Origin: Protoeuglena noctilucae | Taxonomy: Eukaryota | Direction of reading: 5' to 3' | Length of the DNA: 64,000 bases | Assembly (NCBI GenBank): GCA_958009085.1 | Contig: OY253678.1 | Coordinates: 496,001-560,000, forward strand | In this document: one piece after another, positions 38,546 to 51,500 of the stretch | Layout of the letters: each line of letters begins with the position of its first letter | How positions within the stretch are numbered: the first letter of the stretch is position 1 | Program-made: the position numbers and the translations under genes | Notes under the pieces: generated by a model | Database searches by the model: none | What the model was told of the DNA's origin: nothing | What the model saw: only the letters and a program-made list of their open reading frames with translations

Positions 38546-40030
38546 CTACGACTGGTGGGCTGCGGCGATGAGCCGCTCGAAGCGCTGGTACAGGGCGCGG
38601 TTCTGCGGCCCGAAGATGTCGCTGGCGATCGCCAGCGTCTCGGCCTTGGTTGCGCGGTTGTTGTTGAGGGCCTTGATCGCGTCGATGAAGCGCCGGAACT
38701 GGTCCTGGGGCAAGCTGCTGCGCGCCTCCCGGAAAAACGCCTTGCCGTCCTCCTGGTGGGGCGAGTCGGACACCCCGAAGGTCTCGTGCCCCGCGCGGCC
38801 CTCCAGCGGGACCACCGCGCCGCCCAGCGAGGCCTTGACGGTGGCCGGCGTCCCGGCGATGGACGCGGCGCCGAAGCCGTTGGACGTCACGGCCGGGCTG
38901 TCCACGCCCATGGCGTCGAAACCCGACAGCTGCGCGCAGGGGCGCGGGCGCGGGACCGCGTCACCGCCCGAGGGCAGCGCGTCGCGAATCGGAGGCATAC
39001 AGGCCAGGGTGGGCCGGCGGGGGTTGGCCCGCGCCCGGCATTGTGGGTGGCAGGTATAGGTCAGGGCTGGGTTCAACGAGCGCGTCCAGGCCGCCGAGCC
39101 TCGACAGGAAACTGACAGAGGCCACGGGCTCCCGGCAAGAACGGCGCCGTATCACCACCCAGCCCTGGCGTGGCTAGGAGACGCAAGCGCTCGCGAGGGG
39201 ATCGCCCGTGGCCGTCGCTTCGCTCGCTACCGAGATCAGGGAGGCGAAAACGCGCCGGGGTTTTGACTCACGTTCAGGACCGAGGCCCCCGCGGCCCCCA
39301 CGTGGTCGTCCGACACGGCCGACAGGATGCTCCGGCGCAAGTTCTCGTACTTGAGGGCCTCCCGCATGAGGCGGCGCACGGTCTCCTGCAGCGACTGCTT
39401 CTCGCTGACCTGCGGGGGCCTCGCGGGGTCTCGGCGGCTCGGCATCTCGACGCTGACTGGGAAGGGTGTGCGCCGCACTGCGCCCGCCGCCGCGCCCGCT
39501 GCCGCGCGCGCCGGTCACCAGTCGCGCGTTGTCTTCCGTCACGCGGCCGAGGCGCTCGGTGAGGTCCTTGTTCCGGGCCTCCAGCTCGCGGATGCGCGCC
39601 TCCAGGTCGCTGATGTCCTGTCGGGGACAAGGGGGGCGCGGCGAGGCTCACGCGCGGGCTCTTCCCGGTGAAAGAGGGGCGGCAACGCCGGCTTGAGGTA
39701 GAGAACTCTAGTGCGGTGACGATCACCGGCGACGGCGGACATCGCGGCCGCGAGCGGACCCGGCATGTGCGCGGATGGAAACCCATGGCCCCGCGTCACG
39801 GGCGGCTTGTGCACCCTCCAACGCGTCGATCGGGACGCATCCATCCCATCCGCGGCCACTTGCGGTCTCCGCACCTTTGCGCGGGTCCCTAGCTCGCTCC
39901 GGGCCTTCGCGACCTCCGCCTCAAGGGCGTGGATCTTCTTGCTGAACGCCTGCCGGATGACGTCGAACCCCACGTCCATCAGCCGGTCAGGGTCCGAGGG
40001 AAGCGCATTTTGCACCTCGATCGGCAGCAT
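38546..40030 (-). CDS. At4g15545/NAIP-like coiled-coil protein
   Basis: LPSDP, HALEAE and a coiled coil, then C-terminal DGKAFFREARSSLPQDQF...IK.LN...ETL..A..IFGPQN..LY..FERL. Confidence 0.85.
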
Positions 40031-40357
40031 GGTGCCCGTCTAGACTCCTGAATGCCACCCGTAACAACCACCCCGTCCTGCCCAGAGGCGACGAGCAGGG
40101 CAGCGACCAGCGTAACAAACGTGCAAGACGTGCTCGGGAGGAGAGAAGTTGCCTCAACTCTGCACCGTTGGCGACTTCGACGCGCGGGCGGCCCGAGGAG
40201 CGTGGTCTAAACGTCGATTTCTTCGCAAGCGCAGTGCGATGGTTCAAATCGTCAGCGGACACGTCCGTGGTCGTCGTTCGAAGGCCGCGCTCTCTGGTCT
40301 GGCGCGGCCCTGACGTTTCAGGGCCGTTTCACATGGAAACTAGGGCGCATGGACTGC

Positions 40358-43300
40358 CTACACGAGCTCCCAGTCATCCACGCCGACCCTCCGCGATGAC
40401 TCGACGCCCGCCTCGCTCAGGTCGTCGTCCTCGGCCACCACTGGCATCCTGCCCTGCGCCAGCGTCACCAGCGGCGCGCCCTCGCAGTCCCGCTGGGCCT
40501 CCGCGAGCTCCGCTTCCAACCTATCGAGGTCGGACGGCTTGCCCAGGTAGAAGCCGAACGCCATGGACGGATCCAGCCCGGCGATGGGCATGTGCCTGGA
40601 GGAACGGGGAACCGGTTGCGCCTCCCGATCGGCGACAGGCGGCGCAATCGATTGATGGCGATGGATTCAAGGCCACCACCAGGTCCTCGCACCTGACGAC
40701 GCTGCACTGGTAGGACGGGAAGCCCCCCTGCCGTGGATGCTGCACCGGCTGCACGTCGTGCGGGTCGAGGTAAAACAGCGAGTCCCCCTGGTACCCGACG
40801 AAGAACAGGCTGCTGCGGGGCCGGCCGCCCACGATGCCGACGCTCTGCGGACGCGGTGCCCCCGGGTTGGTCGGTCAACCCACGTCGCGACCCTCGAAAA
40901 AGACCCTCCGGCCCAAGCTACCACACGCGTCTGCACCTCACCTGCGGCATCCGCAGCAGCCGCTTGATTTGGGGGTAGTACAGCGGGTTGACCGTGCCGT
41001 GCCCACCCAGCATCACCGGGACTAGCAACACCAGCGGATGCCAGTCCCCGGAGCGCCCGCCGACCCCAGCGACCCCATCCGCGCGCCCTCGCCCGACGCC
41101 ATGCCCTGCGGCTCCTCGCCCCGTGCCGCACCCCGCCCCGCCGCCCCACTGCTCGCCCTCGCCGCCGCCTGCCTTTGCGCCGCTCTCCGCCTCCGCCTCC
41201 TCCCCCGACACCGCCTCCCAACACTCCTCTCCCCCCACACCCTCGCTCGACCCCACGCCCCTCGCCCCCAGCTCCTCCGCTGTCCCACCACGCCCCGGCG
41301 ACAACGCCTCACCTCGGTCCCCGAACTCCGACCCCTCCATCCCAGCCCACGAGGTCCCCGGAGATGGCGGCCACGCGTCGGACGGGCGCGCGTTCCCGCC
41401 AAACCCCTCCGCGCCCTCTATTGGGGTCTCCCCGTCGGGCACTGCCACCCGCGGGTTGACCCAGCCAGGGCTACCTGAACCCTCTTCTCCAGCAGCCTCC
41501 CCGGCCCCTCCCTTATCCCCAGGCGCTTCCCTGGTCGAAGCTGCGTCATCCCCCGGCACAGCTTGGGAATCTGACCCACCGCACCCCACATCCGCCCCTC
41601 CGCCAGGCTGACCACTTGCGCTGCCCTGGTCCCCCGTCGTTGCGACCGCCTCCCCGTCGCCACCCTCACCACTCGCACCTCCCTGGCCACCCTCGCCATT
41701 GGCCATCTCGGCCAAATCGAGGCCACCATTGCTGCGCACCTCCAGCTCAGGAAGCCCAAGCTCCCCTCCGCACACCTCAGGCGCCTGCGTCTCGACAGCA
41801 GCGCATGTCTCCGTCCCCGCACTGCCCTCCTCTCTCCTCGTCAGCCCTTCATCGGCGGTCTGCCCTCCCTCTTCATGCGCCGTCCCAGGCCCACTGCTAC
41901 CGCCCTCGCCGTCACCACCCTCCACATCCCTCTCTGCACCCGCCGCCCCCTCCTCCGCCATCCCATGCCCTTCCTGCTCTCCGCCCATTCCTGACGTCCC
42001 ACTCCCCGCCGCCATCTCCGCCCCAACGCCGTCGCACGATGCCTGGGCTATGGAACCCTCTCGCCCCGCACCCACCACGCCGTCCGCACCCGTCATCGCC
42101 TCTTCGTCCTCGCACCACCCTTGGTCCGCCACGCCCCTTTTGGCGAAGTCCTCCACGTCCCCTCGAAACACCACGGGCTGCCCGCCACCCTTCACCATGA
42201 GCGCCCGCAGACCCAGCTGCTCCTCAGCCCGGTTCACCGCGTCCTCGAGAGCCAGGCAGAGCTGCGTGACGTGACGAGCACGACGCAATTAGATCATGTT
42301 TCGGTCAGGAGTGGGTGGTGCTGCGGTAGTGCGTACGATGCATGTGCCAGCGTCCCCGACTCGCCTGGTACGGCCCGAGCCACTGCCCCGCGTGCACAGC
42401 GTGGCGCCGGCCAGCCGCAATGATGTGGTGAATGCTCAGGGGGCAGTCGCCTTGGACGCTGTCAAAGAACGCGGACGCAACCCGGACCGGGACATCCTCG
42501 CCCGGCCCCGTGCCGTGCCAATGACTGACCAGGGCCTGCGCGAGCAGCATCTGGCCGGAACGAATCGTGCACCCCCAGCCGGCGTCTGCGAAAGGCGCGA
42601 GGTGCAGATCAGGACGGCAATGGTGCTCACTGCATGCGTTAGCGATCCGCCACGCGGCCCATAAGGGTGAGGACACTGCTGCCTCACCTGACGTGAGTCC
42701 CGAGGGCGCCAGGGGCTCCATGCCAGTCCGGTACGTCATCCAGATGCGGGTCTGCAGGGTGCCTGCGACCCGGCGCTGCAGGTCGGCCTCCTCCGCTGCA
42801 CGCTGCGTCTCCTCCCGAGCCGACGCGGCCCCGGCCAGGCGCCGGCGCTCGTACATGCTCCTGTGAATGGCCGACCGACTGTCCACGAAACGCTCCAAAG
42901 ACGCGCTGCGAGGGGGCACGTGCCCATCCCCGTCCTCGCCAGCAGGGGCGACCGCCTCCTCCTCGGGGCTTGCAGCGTCGTGTGCCACGCCATGCAGCCT
43001 CCCTGAATCGATCGCGATTGCGGCGGGGTGCGGGGGAGCCGCCGCGGTGCCGTCCGCGCGCTCTTCCGCGTCGCCCCACGCCCATCGGCTCCACGTGCTC
43101 GTCAGTAACCAATCGCCCCATCCGGACTCGGAACCGCGTGCATCGCTCTTCTCCTCGGGGCGCCGAGGCAACGCGGCCGGGGACGGGCCGTCGGCGGGCG
43201 CCCCGGGGCCCGCCTGGTCCAAGGCCTCGTTGGCCGCCCCGCCCTGCGTCTCCGTGCTCGTCGTCGCCGGGGTCGTCGGCTCGTGCTGCGCGAAGCATTG

Positions 43301-43652
43301 TCCAAGGATCCACGCCGGCTCGGTCGGGCTCGGTAAGCCTGGCTGGCCCTGGCGGGGGAGGCACGGAGGGCGCGCTAGGGCGACGAGTCTCCCCGTGGCA
43401 TCGACGCGAGGTCACGGCCCGCAAGCCGCATCACCTGCCTCCACGCTGCGATATACAGGTCGCTGACATTCGAACGGCGCGGCGCGGCCCGACGACGCGC
43501 CAGCAGGGACGGGCCAAGCCCGGGACGTGGCCCGCGCCGCGAGAACGCCTCACCTGCACCATCTCCGTCAGGCGATGGATGTTGATGCGGTATGCCATGA
43601 CCGACATGGCCACGCGCAGTCGCGTGAACAGCGTCGCGTTCTCGTCACCCAT
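40358..43652 (-). CDS. ATG4: Autophagy cysteine protease ATG4 (peptidase C54)
   Basis: [58 protein letters not shown] and DPSMAFGFY. Catalytic Cys, Asp and His are present. Confidence 0.95.
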
Positions 43653-44079
43653 CACCGTGCGTCCCAGACCTAGCCCGCGGGCGGGTCTCGACGGGCCATC
43701 GCCCAGCAAGCCTCTCCTCCCAGGCAGCTACTCTTGTTGCCAGCAGACGCGTGCGCGGTGAGTCGGCTAGTTAGCCAAAACCTAAGCTCGGGGCTCAAGA
43801 AGGGTGCTTCCTGGCAACCGCCATCGCATGGCACTGGAAATGGGATGCATTTTCGCGTGCGCGTCGCCGGCGTCCCTGCGGCTGCTGCCAGAATCCGGCT
43901 AGGGTCTCCCTCTCGTCGAGCGGCGGCGACACGACGAAGTGGCCACCTCCTCCGGCACATTCCACTCATCCCTCTGCACAGGCGCAGTGCTGGCATTCAG
44001 GAGAGGCGGGAGAGGGACGGGGTCGCGCCGTGTCGATTAGCCTTCCGGGGTCCCCGCGCAGCGACACAGGACCGCAACC

Positions 44080-45348
44080 ATGGAGGACATCATGAGGAAG
44101 CGGCGCGAGGAGGCCGAGAAGGCCTATGAGGCCCAGTGGGACGGCGGGAAGGGGTCCCACCATCCGGACTACGACCCCTCCACGTTCGGGGAGGACGTGG
44201 TCAAGGCGTCCCGGTGAGGGCTCTAAGCGGGACCCCGCTTGGCTGTAAGGCTTTCTGATAGTACTTTGATGCCGATGAGTGCAGTTTAAGGTCCTGAAAT
44301 CCGCTGACTGAGGCTCCGAGAGAGGGGCGCGCGCTGCACCTCGCGGCCCCCGGCCGGCACGACCGCTCGCCGTCGCGGGATCTCCGCAGGGAGACGGAGG
44401 AGCTTTACAACGCCATCATCAAAAACGACGTCCGGTTGGTGTACAAGAAGATCGAGGAGGGGGCGGACGTGAACTTCGTCTTCGGCACGGCATACAAGTG
44501 CGGCCGCGCTGGCCTCGCCCGCAATGCATTGCCCACACGCAACAGGGGATAAGCCCGGAATTCCCCTCTCTTTGCGTCTGCAGGGCCCCGGCGGGGTACA
44601 CGCCCCTCATGGTCGCCGCACACCGGGGGCGCTTCGAGTGCGCCAAGGCGCTGCTGCGCGCCGGCGCCGACCCCAACTACGTCAACAAGGCTGGCGATGC
44701 CACCATCTTCTGGGCGATTGACGGCGGCCCCGAGATGACCAAGGTGCGGGCCAGAGCACAATGCAGCCCGTGCCTCCTCATCTCCTCACCCTTCTGGAGG
44801 GCCCCTGTGAACCACCATCTCTTCCGATCCGATTCCACTTGGGACCACACTGCTCCGAAGGCTTCCTGCCCGCACTGGAGGCCGCCAACACCCCTTGCCC
44901 CTACCCCCGCGCGACCCGCAGCTCTTCTACGACTACGGGGCAGACCTGGACGTGCGGACCCCGAAGGACTGGACCCCCCTGTCGTACGCCGTGGCCAAGG
45001 GCAAGTACGGGGCCACCGAGGACAAGGGCATTTACCCCGAGGACGTGCTCAAGTACTACGGCGCAACGGAGGTGAGCGAGCCCGAACGCATGACGTGAAT
45101 GCAACCACGACACACGCGCACCCGGTCCACTCGAGGCTCGAGGGACGAGACGCGAGCGGTCATTGCTAGTTAGGACAGGTAGCCAGGGGGCTTGGTTAAA
45201 AGAAGACGCGCATTCCCTCGCGCGCCTGCAGTATGGGTCCAAGCCTGTGGCCCTTGGGGTGCGGTCGCCCCGCGAGTCGTACAACCCCCGCGCGGAGGAC
45301 TTCATGCGGGAGCGTGGGTCGTACCAGAGCTACCCTGCCGAGCCCTGA
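44080..45348 (+). CDS. Ankyrin-repeat protein (5 exons)
   Basis: GADVNF, GYTPLMVAAHRG..CAKALLRAGADPN and GADLD..WTPLSYA. Confidence 0.88.
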
Positions 45349-45648
45349 CACCCGCACTTGCGGCAGGGCACCCCCTGCGGCTGTGCGCGTCTCCCATGCC
45401 GCCACGCGCGTTGCGCATAGCGCCGCGACTCTATTGAACAGCTGGGTTCCACTCCCTTTGTTTCAATCCCCACACGCGCAGCTGGGTGGCTGAGCACCTA
45501 CGCCGCTCAACAGCTGCCTCTCGGCTCACAGCGCCAGAGCCCCGGCCAGGCGGGGAAACGCCCAGCGCGTCGGCATGCGGCACGCCGCGGACCCGAGCTG
45601 GCACGAGGGCCACCCGGGCCCCTGTCCCCACGTGACGGCACGATCGAC

Positions 45649-46646
45649 TTAGGCCGCAACCTTGCCGTAGACGGGCTTGGCGAGGTCGTCCGTGAACTCC
45701 TGGAAGGGGCTCTTGACGTACTTGTTCTCGCGCCACATGTCGGGGGTGAGGAAGCTGTAGGTCCGGAGCAGGGCGCCGTAGGTGGCCTTGATCAGGTTGC
45801 CCAGCGTGGCCGTCTTGCCGCGGGCGCACGTGTAGCAGTCGACGATGCCAGCCATCTGCGGAGCCGACGACAGGGGTCGCGCTCGCGGGAGCGCGCGGGG
45901 GCGAGGCTTGGCGGGGGCGCAGGGAGGGCCGGCGGCAGTCTCACCTGCAGCACCTTCTTGGAGGCGACGGAGGCGACGATGCCGGCGCCGCGGGGCGCGG
46001 GGATGAGGCGGACCATGACGGAGCCGCAGCTGGCCGAGACCTTGAGGGGCACGGTGTGGGGCTTGCCCAGCTTGGAGCCCCAGTAGCCGCGGCGCACCGG
46101 GCACACGTTCATCTTGGCGAGGTTGATGGCCCCAAGGATGGACGTGGCCACCTCCTTGGCGCACTTGACGCCCAGGCCGATGTGGCCGTTGAAGTCCCCC
46201 ACCAGCACGAACGCCTTGAAGCGCGTGCGCTGCCCGGCCCGCGTCTGCTTCTGCACGGGCATGATCTTCATCACCTCGTCCTTAAGCGTGGAAGGGCCCA
46301 GGATCGTGTCGACGATCTGGTACTCCTGCGCGCGCGGGCGGGGCGCGGGCGCTCGTCACGGGGCGCGTCAGCAGCCGGGCCCTCCCAGGCCGCCGGGCGC
46401 AGCAGCGGGCGCGGACGGCGCGGCGGCGCGCACCTTGATGGGGATAGAGTGCAGGTAGATCTCCTCCAGCGACCGAATCTTGCCCATCTGCACGAGGCGC
46501 CCCAGCTTGGTGCACGGCACCCACTTCTCCTCCCCGTCATCCCTGCGCCCGCGGCGGCCACCCCGGCCCCGGCCGCCGAACCCACGCCCGAACCCGCCAC
46601 GCCCGCGCCCCTCGGGAGCGGGACCCGGAGCGGGAGCGTCACCCAT
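45649..46646 (-). CDS. RPS2: 40S ribosomal protein uS5 (S2)
   Basis: RGG-rich N-terminus, [39 protein letters not shown] and SPFQEFTD. Confidence 0.98.
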
Positions 46647-47499
46647 GCTTGTCTGCGCCGGCCAGGGGAGGGCAGAGGTCGGTCTCGGGGGTCCCGAGCG
46701 CGCACGCGGTCATGGACGAAAATCGCGGACGGATGGAGAACCTCAGGCACGACGAAGACCGCCGGGAAGGGCCAGACACGACCGAAACGACGCCGAGAGG
46801 GCCGGGGACAGCCGCTCGTGGCGCGCCGATCACGCAAAACGAGGGAAGCGACCCGTACGAGCGCGAGAACAGGGTCGCGGGGGCCCCGGGTGGAAATGAG
46901 CCCGGGCCCGACGGGCCCGCCCGTCTCGCGACTGAAGCAGCCTCGGGCCGATGCAAGCCCGCGCCCGCCATCCTCGCGACATAATGCCACCCCTGGCGCA
47001 CTGGGCGCGGTCGCCCGGCGCGGGGGCGAGCGGGAAAGCGGCGGGGAGGGCTCCCCGCGTGCCGGGGGACCCGATACGAGTCCAGGGCCAGCAGCGCGAT
47101 CCAAGTCGCGTGGGTGATCAGCGGTTGCCCGGGGACTCGCTGCGGCGCCTGCCAGCACAGGCACGCCGGCAGACGAGCCCAGGATCTCGTTCAGGCCGGC
47201 GGGAGGGCTTGCGACGCTCACCAGGATGCGAGGTCACTGACGCGGATGGGAAAAGGAAGGAACGGCGGCGCAAGGGGGCGCGGTTGAGGAGGGACAAAAA
47301 TCTGGCACAAAATCTGCCAGTCTGGACAAGGCGTCTCAACCAGGCACTCCCGCGACACGCCCTGGCCAGCACGCGAACGCAGAAGCATTTCTAGCGTATC
47401 TCGCTGAACGGCTGAGGCAGTCGGGCTTCCCGTGATCGGGGGCAGAGCGTGGCCAGCGCGGTGCCTGGGTGGACGCGGCGCAATGGCCCCGTGCACACT

Positions 47500-48090
47500 A
47501 TGAACTGCAGCTTACAATCGCGCCTGTCGGCGCCCGCCGTTGGGCCCCATCGGCGACGGAGGCGGGCCATCACTGCACATGGCTTTCAGGCGAGCGTGGG
47601 TGCCGGCGCCTGGCGACTGGGCGGTCGCTGGTGTGCTCTTCGCTTCCAGTTATATACCTACTTGTTAACCCGCAGGAAGCCATGATGGGCCTGGCCGTGG
47701 CCGCGTCGGTCGGGGCCCTGCTGGTGAACGGGTTGCGTGGCCCACCCGAGGTCTGCGACATGTGCGGGGGGAACGGTGGCAGCAAGTGCTTCGTCTGCGA
47801 GGGGACCGGGATGAAGCCGGGAGTTGCTCTCCAGGTCCGCGACGCCGGCCAGCAAGCCCAGCGGTGGCGTGCCTGGCCCAGACCCCCCATCCACAATGCA
47901 ATGCCTGTGGCAGTGCCCTGCCCATAGCCTGCACCGCCCGGCCTCTCTGCAGGACCTTGTCAAGAGCTCGGAGGGGAGGAAGAACGGGGGGGCACGGGGG
48001 GGCAACCCCCGCTCCTGTGTGGCGTGCGGCGGGACGGGGCTCATCTTGTGCCGCAAGTGCCAGGGTACGGGCTTCATGAAGCCCATGTGA
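47500..48090 (+). CDS. Small DnaJ-type Cys-rich zinc-finger protein (likely plastid)
   Basis: Four CxxCxGxG repeats (CDMCGGNG, CFVCEGTG, CVACGGTG, CRKCQGTG) after a transit-peptide-like exon and a hydrophobic segment. Confidence 0.88.
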
Positions 48091-48413
48091 AACACGAATC
48101 TACGAAGTGGCTTAGGAGCCCATAGCTTGCGTTCATAGTCGAGCCGGCCGTGAAGACATGGCAACCACACTGTTAGGAACTCAGGCAAAGGACTAACCAT
48201 GACTAGCAGCAGCGTCCATGCGCTAGCTACGCGAGCTCGGCACCTCATTAGCCCACTACCCCATCACATCACCCAAACTTGACACCCCGACGGGGAGACA
48301 CCTCGTCGCCATCGTCGCCCCTGCGGGACATGGGACAGCGCGCCTGCTCGCCGCCAACGCCACACTATGGCGACGCAGAGACACCGAACAGGACGCCCCA
48401 ACACGGAACGAGC

Positions 48414-48497
48414 AGGCCATCACACAGGCCATCACACAGGCAAGCGCACAGGCCTGGACACGAGCAGTCACACAGGACATGACACAGGCCAGGCGCA
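48414..48497. repeat. Degenerate 12-bp tandem repeat (~7 units, aggccatcacac-like)
   Basis: aggccatcacac aggccatcacac aggcaagcgcac aggcctggacac ... aggacatgacac. Confidence 0.8.
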
Positions 48498-48502
48498 AGC
48501 AC

Positions 48503-51500
48503 TCACTCGTCCTTCCCGTCCCCATCCTCGGGGCCCTGGAACCCCACGCCCCTCCTCTTGCCCTCTTTTGCAGGAGCTTTCTTCTCCGCGCCCTCGTCCT
48601 TTTCGTCAGTCGAGGCGAACCCCACCCCACCTCTTCGCGTCTCCTTGGCCCCATCGCCGTTGGACTCCGCGAACCCCACCCCGCCTTTTCGTGCGTCCTT
48701 GGCCCCATCGCCGTTTGCCTCAGCGAACCCCACCCCGCCCCGCCGCCCCTCGCTCTCCTGCTCGCTCCCCATCACCACCACGCGGCCGCCCCGCCGCGCG
48801 CTCGGCAGTGGCTCCGCTGCGCTCGCAGCCTCGCTCCCGTCGGGCGTCCCGGCCTCCGCCGGCGGCGTGTGCAGCGGCGTGCCAGCCTCGGCGGGCGGCG
48901 TGTGTGGCGGTGTGGCGACGCTGTGGGCACACGAAGCTCAGCAGGTGATGCATGGCGTAGGATGTGTGCAAAACATGGCTGATGGGAGCCACCAAGGTGT
49001 TGCACTATGCTTTCCACTGCCCCAGTCGCTCTGCCACCCACCCCCGCGCCCCTCCCTGCCCCACTCACTCTGCAACCGACTCGAGCGCCCCCGACACCGC
49101 CGGGGCCTCGGCCACGGCCGGCCCCGGCCCCCGCGCGCCCTTGTCGTCCTCGTCCGAGTCGTCGGCCCACTCGAGGTTGGCCGTGCTCTTGCGCCGCAAC
49201 GGGACGCACTCGTCCTCGCCCGCCGCCTCGGCCAGGGCCGCCAGCCGCGCCATGAGGTCGTTCCCGAACCCCTTGATCTTCCCCCGCTCCTCGTCCGTCA
49301 GCTGCACCGTCGCGCCCGCCTCCTCGAAGTCGTCCGAATAGTCGTCGTCGTCGTCCGAGGCCAGCTCACCCGGCGAGGGCAGCCGCGACTGGAAGCGCGA
49401 GGCCGCGCGGGAGGCCGCCCGGGACACGGCGCGCGACCTGGCGTCCTGGTCCCGCTTCTGCAGCACGACGTGGAGCTCGCCCAGGGCCGCATAGGCCTCG
49501 AACATGCGGCAGTTGGCCTTGCGCTTGGCGATGATGAGCTTGAGGTGCTCCTGGATGAAGGGCAGCTGCCGCATGGCCTCCACCAGGTCGCCCTTGCGCA
49601 GCACGAGGGCCTCGAGGAAGGTCGACGCCCGCACCGACGCGCATCGCCTGCCACCCGACAGCAGCGCCATCTCCCCCGCAATGTCCCAGCGGCCCATGTG
49701 CGCCACCACCTGCAGGTCCGACATCTGCGACGGGGGGCAGCGGACGTGCGGTGGATGGATGCCCGCGGTGTACGGGCAGGGCAAGGATCCGCAGCAGTGC
49801 GCCCGTAGGGTTGCCTGCATCAACACCCTACTCATCATCATCCCCAACCCCACCCCCGCTCCTCCCCTCGCAACCCCCACCCCCGCTCACCTCCTTGTCC
49901 CGCACCGCCTGCCCCACCGCCGCGGCGCTGGCGGCCGCATTGCGGATGAGGGTCTCCAGGTCGTTCCTCAGGTCGTCCTTGTCCCGGCCGAAGATCGGCG
50001 ACATGAGGTTGGGGTCGAACTGCAGCTCGGCCTCCTCCTTGAGCACCGACTCGAGTTCCTTTACGATCTCGTCCGCCGTGGGGTCGCGCCCCAGCCGCGT
50101 CGCCAGCGCCTGCGTCAGGCCGGCCATGCGCATGGCCAGGGGGCCGTCGTCGTCCGAGTCCTCCTCCTCCACTGCGGGGAGCGAAGAAAAGGGATGTCAT
50201 CGATGTCAGTTTCGTCAGAACACGTATTTCTGATGTTGGCACCTCCGCCTCCGTCTCCGCCCCCAAAACGGCCCCTCGGCGTCTCACCGGTCTCGAGCTT
50301 CGGCTCCCCTTCGCCATCCTCGCTGTCCTCCTCGTCCTCATCCTCGTCCTCCTCCTCCCTGGCGATGATGTTCCAATCCGCATTGCGACCCGACGAGTAC
50401 CGCGTGATCTGCCCGCGGCTGGCCGCCCGGGCCTGGCTGCCCGTGCGCTTCAGGCTCGTCTTGCGGGATATCTTGCCCGCGTTGGAGCTCGAGTTGGTGC
50501 GGCTCAGGCCGGACAGCGCCTTCTCGATTGCACGCTGGTTGCCCACCTCACCCGATCCCATCGACCCCATGGCGGCCAGCAGGTAGCTCCCGGTGGGCAG
50601 CTTGCCATCCGCGTCCGCCTGCCGCTGCTCCGCCGCGATGCGCGCGCTGCCCGCGCGGATGGCCTGACGGATATTGCCCGCAGTCATCGCCCCCGCGCCC
50701 TCTCCCTCACCCTCGCCAGGCTCCACGCCCAACGCCTGCTCCACCTCCGCCAGCAGCGCCCGGCTGCTCTCCCGCGCCGCCACCGCCTTCTGCCGCCGCT
50801 GCTCCGAGTGCCACGCGGCCATGTCTCCCCGCTCATCCACCGAAGCCGCACGCAGCCGCCGCGCCGCGCCATCTCCCGCCCCGTCCTTCGCCCCCGCGTC
50901 CACGCCTTCCCGGCCCGCCGAGGTCCCCGCGGCCGGCCCCACCGGCCCCGCCGGCTCGGCCTTCCTTGCGGACGTCGCCCCGTCGCGCCTCCCGCCCCTG
51001 GCTGCTGGCTCATGCGCATGCCCCGTGTCCTCCCAGGCCATCTGGGACTGACTCCGGGGGTGCGGAGCCGCGAACTCGGGCCGGAAGGGCAGCTGCTGGA
51101 CCTGCGCAGTGCCACGAGGGTGCAGCACGGTCGGTGTCCCGTCGTGCGAGAGTGGCCCAGGTGAGTGTGGCTCAGCGACCGCAAGGGTGGCGGTTGCGAC
51201 GGACAAGTGCAGCGCTGGCGTGGTCACCTGGGCAGCCAGGGCCTCAAACGCCCGTGCGCGTGCCGTGGAGCCTCGGGACTGCGAAGACGTCCGCGACTGG
51301 GGACCGCCGGCGCCTGCCGCCTGCATAACACCGCCATTGCCCAGGTGGCGCGCCGCGCGTGCGGAGCTGGCCGTGGACGTAGTCCCTCGGGACGTCCGGG
51401 ACCGGTGGGCGCCACCCAAACGGAACGCTGCGCTGTTGGCTGCAAGGGCGGGCGGGGCACGCACGTGAGGGGCGGTGAGAGCGCTGCGTGGGGTGCGACT

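Noticed and set aside
40185..40262. tRNA-like fragments (gtggtctaa and ggttcaaatc)
   Set aside because: No acceptor or anticodon stems can be formed and the spacing is wrong for a tRNA.
44250..44315. Possible C/D-box snoRNA in the ankyrin-gene intron (cgatga...ctga)
   Set aside because: Box C is imperfect, the element is too short, and I could not identify a convincing rRNA-antisense guide.
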